A stretch of 64,000 nucleotides of DNA from Styela clava. Taxonomy: Eukaryota. The first letter of the stretch is position 1. Each line of letters begins with the position of its first letter. Where the stretch lies: the NCBI RefSeq assembly GCF_964204865.1, contig NC_135253.1, positions 23,684,001 to 23,748,000 on the forward strand. The letters are read 5' to 3'. Shown here in pieces: positions 13,157 to 26,800 of this stretch. The notes below the pieces were generated by a model that searched no databases, had not been told where the DNA came from, and was given only the letters and a program-made list of their open reading frames with translations. The position numbers were made by a program, and so were the translations under genes.

Positions 13157-16100
13157 GTAAGTAAAGAATTTAAAAGTATTTTGAGGTTTTCGGTACAGAA
13201 TTCTGGAGGTTTGATTAATGTCTTTATTGAAGTGAGCTTTATAGGCATCTTCAATTAAGAAGAAATAAGGAATATCAAGCTTCGAACCTCTCTCTCCTTC
13301 TCGCTTAATTAAGTCAATAATTTAATTTTACCTCTAGATAGGAATAACAAATATTGAGATAAAATACAGCCACGCTACATGTTAGAATGCTGTGGAAATA
13401 ATATTTAACTGTGAAAAGAATTCTTGGGAAATTGAACAGATAAGCTTGTAAAGTTAAATTTTCAGAACAAGGTGTTATGCTCAAATTGAGTACGTTTTTT
13501 CAATTTGTGATTAAGATCTTAATGCCGGCTGATTCACTGCTTATCCAACTCATCAAATTCTCATTCTTTGACTCTAGATCAAGAGGTTCCGAGCCTTTTA
13601 TCCGCCTTATACAACAAAATGAATGAACCTGGTTCCACGGTCATTCCGTTAAAATGCAAGATACCTGGAATGAAAGGAAATGTTGTCAGAATGCTTAACA
13701 ATAAAGGTGAGTGGAGTCAATTTATTGAAAGTTGTTTACCAAATGATTGTATTCGGTACACCATTTATTATTTTTATTGAACGCGAAGACGCATGTAGAT
13801 CATGTGCAATAATGGTATTGGGTTCCATTACATTTGAACCCACGTACATTTGAACCCATGACAATTGCACCTGTATGCTATTGCACCTATGGAATTTTTT
13901 TTGTTTCACGGATAGTTAAACCCATACTAACCCTAACCCATGGGTTTTAGCACCCACATATAGATTGAATCCGTGGATATACGCATGGGTTCAAATGTAC
14001 ATCGGTTCAAATGTACGGTCACCATGGTATTGAGTTGGTGGAACAAAACCGCTTTCATCTGCTCGTAAGAGGCCAATCGAGTTTTTAAAATACTCAGAAG
14101 TCAGACGAAATTACGTGCGACGCGAGATACTTTGTAATTTTTATAGTACGATAGTATATTACACAAACGTGTGAAAACACCAAAATATGTGAACATTTTT
14201 AATCAAGCTAAATTTCTAACGGGTCTTTTAAAGCGTATGTAGAGTGCATTTCGGCGGATCTGGCGTGAAAATATGTTAACATCAATCACTGATTTGTAAC
14301 TAATCGTTTCATCTGCCCGAGTTTGATCAATTTCGCGCGCTTGATCGGAACTTTATTTGCTCTACGTGATTTATCCGGTTATCAAGGCAATGATTCTTAA
14401 ATATGTTCCATATATGCTCGGTGGTTCTTTTACATCGTTTTCCCGCGCACCACATTAACCAATTGTACATAGCAATATGATACATGTGGCCAAACTCCAC
14501 CACGAATGGTGTTCTCTATGGCAAAGGCCTTATAAACTCAACCAGCGACACTTCACTGTGTTGTTTCGTAATTTGAAAACATCTAGCGCCTCTAGTGGAA
14601 ACCACGATTGTACCAAACCTGATTATAGCCAGATAGACCAATTATTACAGGATCGGGCTATGGATCTAATTAGGGCTTAATTAACCGAATTAATTATCTA
14701 CATTTTAATGGTTCCACGCCCAGTTTAACGTGATCCATAACTTAACTCAGGTACGGAGGTTGAGTAATCTATGATAATTCATGTGATTCGAAATCCTGTG
14801 GCTTTTCGTTTAAATTCACCAGGCACGTATCTCCGCCTCTCAAACCTACTATAAACACCCTGGCTTGCACATTTTGTATCATTTTATTCGAACCAATGCC
14901 GCATGCGTCCACCGGACAAGAATGTGCGCCCATTCGGGAGCAAAGCTGCGAGCAACGTTCCTCCAAGACAGGGATGTGCAATAGGCAGCCCGCGGGCCAC
15001 AACCCGGCCCGCCAAGACAATAAGTGTGGCCCTTGTCAACACTCAGATATTTTCCCACTAAGCATCAAATCCTAATCTGAAAGTTCATGTTTAAAAAAGC
15101 GCACACAGGGGTTAAAATCCATAATTTTAAGTCTTTCGTCTTTTTGCCTTTATTACTGGAAGACTAAGCGATAGCCTTTTTGTTGTGAGAAATGTTCAAT
15201 TCATTTTGTACCTGAAAGATATTGAATTTGTTGAATGGCCCGGCTAGATGTCAGAAGTTGGTTATATGGCCCGCCGACAAAAAATGTTGCACACTCTTGC
15301 TCTAACAGCTTGCTTAGTTGCGAGGAATAGAAGGCCATGTGAGCTCTGCGAGGAAAATTAGAAAAAATAGAAAAGAACACAATCTTTTAAACGAAAGCAG
15401 TGCGCGGCAGAACGAAAGTAGTGCGCGGGGATTCTCGGGAACGTTGCTTTAAAGGGAACGTTGGTTGCGAGAACCATTGACCTTCAACCTTCACTCAAAG
15501 TACTATATCTATTGTACTTTTTCATACTTTTGGTATGAACCACAATTATTAAAATTAGTACAAATCTCACGATTTCGAGAGAATAAATAGGATCAGGGAA
15601 GGGGCGCGCTTGCATAGCAATGGCGACTTTGATCGTAAGACACGAGATGCGGCGCGATACTCGGAACAGGGGGTTTAATTTACGCAAAACATGGTAATGT
15701 CCATTCGCTCAGATCAAAAAGACTAATTGTTTAGCACAGTTATGAGTGGGTCTAACTTGATACTCAAACGGTTCTACCCGTTTTTTTTACCAGAAATTAC
15801 GAAACGGCGGCCTTACAAAAAAGTAATTGTAGTTCCTGATGCGTCAATGGTTCTCGCAACCAACGTTCTCTTTAAGCTGCGCAGCTTGTCTAGTTCGGGG
15901 CTTCTCAAACTTTTAGGCTCGCGACCCCCTGTTCTGAGTAGCGCGCCGCATCTCGTGTCTTACGATCAAAGTCGGCATTGCTATGCAAGCGCGCTCCTTC
16001 TCTGATCCTATTTATTCTCTCGAAATCGTGAGATTTGTACCAGTTTTAATAATTGTTTTTCGAATTAGAAAAGTCTAAAAAAGTACAATAGGAAATTGGT

Positions 16101-19100
16101 GTACTCTTTGCGACCTGTAGAATTCACAGTTCTTCAGTTTAGGAATCCTTTGTCTAAAAATCCTTGTTCGAGGCAATAAAGTAACACCTGATACAATAAA
16201 CAACTTTAATAGCAAACATAATTGAAGGTTAAGTGTCCATTTTGAATCGACCACCCTGGAATATTTGTTTTCCTAATTGAAGCAACGTCAGCCCTTTAAG
16301 GACGTTAATAGCAAACACATCCTGGTAAAATCAAATATTATTCGTTAATTTATCTATCCGGGAGAAACACTTGTTTCTTTCAAACAAAACTTAATTATCT
16401 TGGCGGTTTTTGAGGTGAGAATAAAAAAAGTAAAAATTACCAAAATTTTGGTGTTTTAAATTATGATCTCTGGTATTTATTGATTTGTTGTGTATTTCAT
16501 GCCACTACTATAGACAAGGGTTTAGACTTTATACAAGCAGGGGGACGTAGCCAGAAATTTTCAAAGGGGGGGAGGGGATTCTATTTGCCAAGTTAGATCG
16601 AAACAGCTAACGGGTCCGGCCGAATGCCGGAAACGTGTGTTTTCATGAGTCTGGAGGATCTAAAAAGACGGTTTTAGACGGTTTTTCACTGTTTTTAAGC
16701 GTTTTAGCCGGGTTCTTGGTGTTTTTAGACGGTTTTCACTGTTTTTAAGATGCTAATATTTTTTTACATTCCAAAAAGAAGGGGGTTCCCCCCCAAACCA
16801 CCCCCATGGCTACGCCCTGTATACAAGCACTATAAGGCTCTTAAATGAGACTGAGAGGATTTAGTTTTCGATGTGAGTGATCCCATATTTTGAATTAAAT
16901 GCATCGCACCCTTATTCTTTCAGGCTCTGTACATGTGGCCACCGATACTTGAGCGCAGGGCCGGTGCGCGTCGGACCATCTCTTCCCCCTTTTAGTGAAT
17001 GTAATAAAAAAAACATCGTTCTGTATCATACATATCAATTTGTTCGTAACTCCAAACGCTTTTAGACCCACAAATCTCTTGAAAACCCACCCACCATTTA
17101 ATAAAAATCTGACTTTCTTTTGTTTATCATATTGCCAACCTAATTCTTTACATCCGAGTTGGGAGCGCCTCTGCTTGACAAACCACCTTTTTATAAAAAT
17201 CTGAGTTTATTACGATATGCCAATCTATGTCTTTGTATCTGCGTTCGGTAATGGGCATGTACCCCTTCCCTCCGCATTTTCACAATGTACAAGGCACACA
17301 CTGCCAATGAACCACTATTTTCGAAAAATTCGTGGATTTGGAGATTCGGCGATGCCTCCACAACTTATTACATTTAAAATGATGCGTGAAATCCATAACT
17401 TACCACACCAACAAATTTAGGACAGATACGCCACTTAGTAGACCATAATCAACGAATCACACGAAGATCCCTAACCTAGCCCTGTCCCCTCATCCCCGCC
17501 ACCAAAGTATCCTGCTGGAAATTCAGAGTCGCGCTCATATGAACATCCCTCCACCTTCATGCTAGATCATATATTGATTATAGTATCGTCCAGTTAGGGT
17601 TAGTCATTGATCAGGTCTGATCCTCGCACTCAGTCTCGATCATACGAAATTCCAAGTAGATTTTTGGGGAGTACCTACAACCTATAAACATCATAAATAA
17701 TTGGGTACTCCCGAAGTATGTGAACCAAGATGGCGAACACCGGACGTAGTATGTGTACCAGGTTAGGGTTAGGCCATAATTTCAGGTGAAAATACTACGG
17801 GAGTCACTCGGCTAGTCCCCGAACTCGTAATAGAACTGAAATAAGGAAAATTGGAATAAAATTATGGCCTAACCCTAACCTGGTACACATACTACGTTCC
17901 ATTGTCCGCCATCTAAGTTCACATACTCCGGGAGTACCAATAATTGTTATTGAAAACGCCATTTCTTTAGTTACATTAAGATTCAAGTTAAAATTCAGGT
18001 TAATTTTAATAGTTCACGTCCAATGTTCATTTTTTACGCTCACGCGAGCCAAGTTATCACAGGTGCGAATAATAAATTAATCTACCATTTGTGGTAAAAA
18101 TAAATAATACCGCGTTTCAAGATGTTAATTTTAATTTGATATTTATTTGCCCACCCCTAAAGTGGTCGTAAATATATGGCTAACAATACCATGATGATTT
18201 AACCAATATTGAATAATAGGATTCATTATTTGCTTGTGGAATTGTGGTAATAAGTGCTAACGCCCATTTATATATGTCGAGTGGGTGATTGTTTGAATTT
18301 TTTTTAAATGTAATGAACGCTAACGCATATTTATATATGTTGCTGTATTTTTTTAAAAATTTGGTAATGAGTGCTAACGCCCATTTATATCTGGGAGGTG
18401 TATTTTTTCGGAACGTAATGAGTGCAAACGCATATTTATATATGAAAGATGTATTATTTTGTTGAAATTGTGGTGCTGAAGTACAGGATAAGTGTACATC
18501 AGTGTGCTGTGTATTTTTCGGAGCGAAAGTTGTATTTATGCTAATGTGTAGCAATACTTCAAAAGTGCTTTTTAGCTTGTATTACGAAGGCGTATTTACG
18601 GTACTCACAGTAAACAAGGCCGCCCTCACGTAAAGCATCTCACGCAACGTGGCGATTAAACAACGCAATTAAGAAGCCATATATCATTGGGAATGATTGC
18701 TTGCTACGCCTGGGTAAATAATCATTATGACATCGCGTAAAAGTTGATGTGATTTTTCGTTGTTTTATTATGACGAACAATGTATGTTTGTTTGTCTTAT
18801 TCTTGCGTAACAATAGCAGTCAAATTTTTGATATTTGTATATATATACGACACTTTTCTCTATCTTAAATCAAAAAAGAAATTAACTGTGCCCCGTCTTC
18901 TGTCCTTCAAATGGTATTATGACATCATAATTTTCTATTATCGTGTCACATCGTGTATTATGACATCTTAAAGATGATAATTTTTTTTTACATCTGAATA
19001 AGTGCACATTTATAATTCTAATATGTGCTATCGTAGCTATCGGCATTCAAGTTGTTGCTCATTACTTTGCTCACACATGAGTCTCCTTTACTTACTTCTG

Positions 19101-22100
19101 AAAATATGAATTTTCAGCGTAATCTACATTCCCAACCCTAACCCAAAACCTAACTGGATAATCAATAATTTTCTCATTTTAAGCGTCGGTGCCGGCTTTG
19201 TACAATATGGACAAAATTGTACAAAATTACCCCAATTGTGTTCTGTGATTCCTCGCGTGGAGAATGTAATGTTTCACACAGCTTTCGTAATCTTCTGAGC
19301 ATGAAGGAAGTTTTGAAATGATTGATCGTGAATTAATAACACGGCACCTTGTCTGCGTATTCATTAAGCTTTCTCAAGTATGAAAAAGGTCTCATCCGTT
19401 TTTAGGCGCTAGTCTAGTTCAGGGCTACTCAACTATTTTTACCAAAGATCCGCATACAAAACTTCAAAAATTATTTAGGTCCGGTCTTTCCAGAAATTAT
19501 AGTTCGGCATCCCTAAACACGCACTTCCTTGGCCGACCAATGATTATTAGCTAATCAAGATTGTTTCTTATGGCGTTATAGTACTTTTCATATATATTTA
19601 AATCTATAAATGTGATTTTAGAAAATGAAATTTCAAAAGTGGGGCTAATGATCCAGAATTAAGAATTAGGCGCGGTCCGAATCGAATACCCGAAAGGTCG
19701 CGGTCCGCCAGTTAAGTAGCCCCGGTCTAGTTGATAAAAATTGCGACTCCAATCACAACCTTTCTGGTGCAGGATCAAAGATTCTGTTTTTACGCGGACA
19801 AAATAGGATCCATCCGATATATGAAGTTCGAGAAACGTCTCATCCGGTTCTGAGTCCGGATTGGCAAAATATCGACTCCAACCCCCGCTTCACGCACTCA
19901 TCAATAAACGTGTTATCTGATCTTCGCGTCCAAAATAGAAAACGGAGATACTTTTCTAATGTTTATTACTGATTTCATAATACACACCTGCCAGATTACA
20001 AATCGTGAAGAGAATATTAAAACGAATTTCGTTAATAGTTGTGTGTGACGGTGTGCAAAGCCGACAAGGTGGGTTCCATTTGGATGTTTGAGCTGTGAAA
20101 TCATAATTTTTTTGACTCCGTCCACCGCTCACCAATGTAGAGTTAAAGATCATTTCATTGCGTACACAATTTGTGATCCAGGCGTATAATATAGATTTCA
20201 TACAGGAATTAAGACGACTGCGCAATCGGAAAAATGTCCCAGCCAGTTTTAGGCTTTGGCTATGAATTGACGATAATAAATTGACTCCGACCACAACCTA
20301 GCAGCGTGCATTCTTAGTTTCACTTACAAAATATAACCCACCCGGATTTCACCATGAAGTTGGTAAAACGTTTCTGGTCTTGAGTCCGAATTTCTTATAA
20401 TTTTGACTCCAATCACTTCCTTTGAAAACGAGAATCTTAGACCACCCAACAATGTAGAACACATTATCACGTAAAACATATAAAATGGCTTAACTTTTTT
20501 TATTGCGTTCTCGTATTCCACACCTGTCGGAATGCTGAGTATGTGGTGAATCGTAAAATAAACTTAGAAGGAGAAATCGATATCTTCATTGATCTTTAAC
20601 GATTGATTATGAATTAATATTGTGACACCTGTTCAGTTAAATATATTTGGCGCCGGTGGACAAAATATTTTGACTTCGATTTCCGCTTTCCGGTGTCGGG
20701 TCAAAGACCATTTTACAAGATATATTTCTGATACACAAAAATCGGGCTGATAAGTCGGAGAAACATCTTATCCGGTTGCAAATCCGGAGTTCAGATTGGC
20801 AACATTTTTTCTCCAACCATCTCTTCACGACGTGTATCGCTTTACAGCAAAAATTCTCCAATCCGCATAGAAAAATAAAAAAAAATGTTCGACCAAGCAA
20901 AATCGCGCTTCGTAACTGGCCCGCGGGCCGTAGGTTGCCGACCCTTGAACTCTACTACATATTCCTCCAGATCCTAATTTCAGACTGGGAAAATGGCTGA
21001 GAAAATCGGGCAATTTCATCAGATGGAAAATTATCTGAAGTTAAATGATGCATTTACACATAATCCCACCAGAACTAGAGAATTTTTCAAATCAAAGTGA
21101 TCACATTATTAATTCATGTTTTAATTAAACCAAACCCGAATCTGCTGACCGTAATCATATCATTTTTGTGTTCATTATATTTGGCCATTTTACTCATTTT
21201 TATTCTTAATCGAAGCTGAGTATCAGGAAAGCATATTTCCGTATGTTAGGTCAATTTACATAAGTCTCAAGATTTATGGTCCGAAATAATAAAACACCTT
21301 CGTCAATATTGTTTTTGTTTGTCTTTCACGTACATGGAAATAACAAATGGCATGAACTTTACGTGACCCGTAGTATTATCCATCGAAACATCGAGTTTAA
21401 TTTAAATTTATTTCAACTGTTTTATTTGCAAACAGACGATTTTCTGGACTTTGGCTCTGAATTAATTTACATTTGTTTCAACATTTTTTTATCTGCTAAT
21501 CCGAAAAGATAGATTATCTGGACTGTGGTTAAGAATTAGGTTAAATTTTTGATTTAATTTCTAAGTTTAAACATGGAAAGCACAAAGATAAACTAACAAA
21601 CAACTTCGTCGTTCGTTGAACCGTTGTTGGGAGGTCTGAACATTCCGACATTGGCACTGTAAAACAAGCGAGCTATGCTCAAATATATGGACACGTAGCG
21701 CCACCCAATGGCAATAATTTTGATGACGTCATAGCGAAAAAAATAAGTAATAGCCTTCTGGAGAAAAATTTTATCTTTAACCACTGAAAATTTCAAAGCA
21801 ATTGGAAGTATTCGAAGAGAAAAGCGATTTTTTAAAAATGATGGAAACAAATAACAATTGAAACGATCGTTATGTCCACTAAACGTGTCCAATAACGACT
21901 GACGCGTTTTGAAATTTACAATTACCGAGTTGGTCTGTAAAGCAAGCGGGTACTGAAAACGTGAGTTTCAAGAGTTTCGAGGGTTCCAAGCTACGTAAAA
22001 TTTCTATGTATGATACAAAAAATGGTTTTTAAAAAACATTAAAAAAAAATTGGGGGAAGGATGGATCCGACGCTGCTCCCCCCTCCCCTGGCTGCGCCCC

Positions 22101-23782
22101 TGCCCGTGACTTCTACCTATCACTACGAGTATCACGTAGTATGGACTCATGTTTTTTTCATCATGGTGTGACTTGAGGGAATTTTTGTAGTATATATGAC
22201 GAAGCTATATTTCCTCATTTTAGCGTTGTGAAGTCCATTTACCAATTTCCCTACAAGTATTATTTTGTTGTAGGGTGTCATATCTTTTTGGCATTGAGAA
22301 TATGGAAGGACCACATACTAAGGTTCATATTTTCAATTTTACCATTCTTCAGTTAATTCAACGTTTAATTTTCCCAAGAAACATTATTCACAAAGATCTA
22401 CAGTTTACATGGAGTTTGTTTTTATTAGTTTTATCACTTAGATATTTCTATGATGTTTGTTGACCAGTTCATTTTAAATAATAATTTATGACCTTGTGTC
22501 TCGCGATGATTAATGAACTAAATGTCTGTATACTGGACCTGGTATAATGAGGAGGCTATCGGCTTGTTTGTACTGTTTACTCAATTTAAAATCGTCGTAC
22601 GTAATATGTGATGTTTAAAAAAAACGCAGCGCGTTATAACAAATTAATTATACAGTAGGGGTTAGGATTAGAAATTATTTGAAAATTTGAATTTTCGCCG
22701 CAGTTTGTATTGCTAACTCTAACTAGATATTTACGGGGCTCATGTAGTTTCGTACCAAACATACTTCTAGTGGGCGTAGCATAACAATTTTTTCACGTAT
22801 CAATCCTAACCCCCACCTGACTAAGTCATTCGAAAATTACGTTACTACGACGTCACAGTGACGTAATGGAGCCCTTCAAACCATACGAACTGCCATCCAA
22901 GACGCGCAGACGACCACCCGAAATCGAACAGCTATTTCTCTCGTTTTCTCGTCACTACGATCCCGATAGAAGAGAGATCGGTGACGTTAGTCAGTTCTTT
23001 ATCGTCGGCGCCAATGCCATTTCGGGCGATCGTACGTATATTTGGCAAGCTCTATGACGTGATTGTGATGTCGTAGTGACGTAATTTTTGGATGGCGTAG
23101 TCAGATGGGGGTTAGAATTGACATATCAAAAAATTGTCATGCCACGCCTACTAGAAGCACGTTAGGTACAAAACTACACGAGACCCATTTTTACTAATAT
23201 TCTTTGATCTTTAGCGGTGACATTGTACAAACGATCCCGGTATCTTACTAAACCAAGCCGTCTCGCCAGCGCTAATCAATTTCATGCAAACAACACATTG
23301 ATCAGTAATAGTCGATTACCTTACCCGCCTGGGCAGGGGCGGTTTTAAGTATTCTGTGGCGTCTGCAGCTGCCGCAAAACCATGGCGGTATTTCCATACC
23401 ATGGCCGCTACGGCCAAACCTATGGCGACTGACTTTTTAGCTGCCACAAACCAATGACGAGCTGTCGCTACCGCGGCAGCAAATTGAAAACCAATGGCAG
23501 GTAAAATTTTGCAGTAAAGACAGGGCTGTACCTTATGGTGACAAATATTGGGTAAGTTGGAACGTTTTTCTTATGGATACAGTTTTGATGGAATTGGGGT
23601 TAGGGTTTAAGTAGATATAATTCCAGATGATTAATTAATATCTGGTACATTAAATTGTGAATATACCGTTAACCGAATCTACCGCTGCCGTGGTTCGTTC
23701 GGGGCAGAAGCTGCCATGAAGTGGTAAGAACTGCGCCTCCGCCTGGGTGACAGTGTGCTACATAAAAAATTCGGACGTCCCT

Positions 23783-23843
<61 letters not shown>

Positions 23844-26800
23844 AGAGACCGCACAAACAAATGTTCTTTGTTAAAATAAAAAGACGATTAGAACGACAAC
23901 AGTAAACATATGTTTACTCGATGGTTCGATCAATATTGATCGAGCATAACTCTTTGCTTAACAAGAACCTAGGCGACATGACTGCGATTGTTGCGATGCT
24001 AAAAATAAACCATATGCAAATCATTATTTCGCGGAAGGCTCGGGATAACTAGTTCGCGCAAATGGTATTCTCGCAAACGTATTTTTCCCGATTTATTCCC
24101 GCATCAGTCCTTGATACTGCTAGTATCACGTTTGTTTACCTCTTATATCTTAAAGAGAATGGTAAACATATATTTTATATAACATATAAAAAATATAACA
24201 GGGATGGATTATAATGGTTTAGTTAACATAGGGATACCCCCTTTGATAATTTAGGGAGTTGGGAGTTACTTTTGCTGCGAATGTCACTTTCTATGTACTT
24301 TCTATACTTCAACTTTGCCTAATGTTGTATATATATATTAACCCATAACATAATATGAATCCTATTTGCCAAACAGCTTTGAATAGCCTGTTCGCGCAAA
24401 GAGTATTGAGTTTTAAGATTATCTTACAGGGTGTCACTTTGTTAAGCATGAATCATTTGAACATGATGGGATTTGGAATCTTCCAATCAAAGACCTATTA
24501 TAAATACCATTGGAACAATAAACAGGGGCGCCATGAGTGCTAAAAGCCTCCGGAAGGGGCCACGAGCCATTAGAGCAGTGGTTCCCAAACTTTTCATTCC
24601 CGCGTACCATTTTTAATTTTGTGCAGCGTTCGCGTACCACCTAAGTTACACTTGACTAGAATATCTCAAACCATAAACTATGCACCTGTAGATAAGAAAA
24701 CTGAGCATGTAGCAGCATTAAGATTTGACAAATGTCATTCCAGAAAGAGATAAAAACCATAAATTAAACAAAATGAAGCCAATTAAAAATTTTAATGAGA
24801 TGGATGTAGTTGTTTTTTCTCCACCAGCTGGTCAATGCGAGGAAGAGCTTTGCTGACAGCGCATCGAAAGTCATGTTCTGGCGTTCCAAGACGATTTCGG
24901 CTTTTCGATTTGATGGCCATCAAAGCCGAAAACCCTTGTTCGCACTCCCACGTAGATGGAAAAATCAATAGCTGGGAAACAGCGTGACGTACTAGGTTAG
25001 AATACGATGATGCCATGCTCAACCAGAAATTGATTGGACAACATTCCTTATGTTTTATTTTTGCTGCCTCATCAGTTTGAATGTCTATTAGTTCTTCTTG
25101 TTCCCCGGTCCCTACAGGCACATCAACCGGATCAATGAAAAATGGGTTGACGGAGTAAGCACAGTATGCAACATCAGGAAAGTAATTCAATAGCTCCGTC
25201 TTTAGTTGCGAAAGATGATCAATAATTTCTTTAGAAATGCCACCATCAGGATTTTTCTCAACAGAAGTGAGGCATTTGAACATTCCGTAGTTTTGATTGC
25301 TAACATTCCATGTCCAGAGGTCCAGCTTACGAATGAGTGCTCTAAGCTTTGAAATGAAATCTGTTACAGTTAGATTGGGTCCTTGAAACGACAGGTTAAA
25401 GTTGTTCAGAACTTCAAAAATGTCTGATAGATATGCCAATCTAGTAAGAAAATCTTTGCTCTCCAGGTCGTTTTGAAAATCGTGATTCTTCTCCTTGAAG
25501 AATTGCAGAAGCTCATGTCGCAGTTCAAACAGGCGCCTTGTTGCATTACCACGAGAGAGCCAGCGCACCTCCGTATAGAAGAGGAGACAGCTGTGGTTAG
25601 AACCGAGATCCTCACAAAGAAGTTTAAACAACCGAGTATTCAGAGCAGATGTTTTGACGAAATTTACTAGTTTGATAACTCGGTTCAAGCATGATAACAT
25701 GTTCTGAGGTAGCACTTTCGCGCATAGGGCGAATCTATGAATAAAACAATGAACAAAAGTCACGTTTTGCGCCACAGCCGTCACATGAGCTCTGAAGCCT
25801 GATTTATGTCCTAGCATTGATGGAGCTCCATCTGTTGTACAGCCAATCAACTTTCCCCAGTCCAGTTTATTCACTTTGAAAAAACTGTCTAATGCTTCGA
25901 AAATATCCTTTCCCTTTGTTGTACCTGAAAGTTCTTTGCTCATAAGTAATTCAGTTTTTACAGCCTTTTCTTGTGTATAACGAACATACACAAGTAACTG
26001 TGCGTTATTTGTTACGTCCGTCGACTCGTCCAATTGAATGGAAAAACCATACTCTGAATCTTTCACTCCTGAAATCACTTGCTCAGCAATATCGACTGAC
26101 ATCTCTTCTATTCTATTCTTAACCGTATTGTTGGAGAGGGGAACACTTACTAGCTTTGCAGCCGCCTCTTCACCAAGTACATTTTTTACTAACATCTTTG
26201 CAGCTGGCATAATGAGGCGCTCTCCAATGGTATGTGCTTTCTGATTTTTTGCTATCAGGAGAGCGACTTCATAGGATGCCTTGACAGCACATTTCTTTCT
26301 CTGATAAATTGTGCCAGTGTTGTCGAAGCGCTGTCGTTTCACTTGCTCGCCCAGTCGCTGAAAGAAACTCTCATTTCGATCCTTCTTGTCGGGATGATTT
26401 GTGTCAAGATGTCGTTGGAGTAAGCTTGGTTTCATAGCCGAATTAGCAAGCGTTTTCATGCACACTACACATTGCGGCAAAACTTCTCCGTTGTGTTCAA
26501 TAGCTATGAATCCGTACTTTATGTAAGCTGGACTGTAATTTCGTTTAGACATGTTGTCAATAGTTGAATTAAACAAAATTTCGCAATATTCACACACCGC
26601 AGGCTTTTGAAAGCAAGTACGAATAGCAACCGTACGTAGTCTGAGACGGCCGGTAAGGAGAGCGTTCCCGCCAAATATTTTGCTGACAGCATCGGTCAAA
26701 GGTCATGAAAGTTGGTAATTGGCGTTTGATCATCTTGAACAAAATAAGTGTTGCTTCATAAACGTGCGAAACCACAAATTAAAGGTAATTGAAACGCAAC

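Noticed and set aside
17761-17773. TTAGGG repeats as a true telomere or fusion scar
   Set aside because: Only two repeats, always embedded in MITE arms in both orientations.
26553-26699. 49-aa N-terminal extension of the transposase in the ORF track
   Set aside because: It begins at a non-ATG codon; Buster-like sequence starts at ATG 26552 (MSKRNY).
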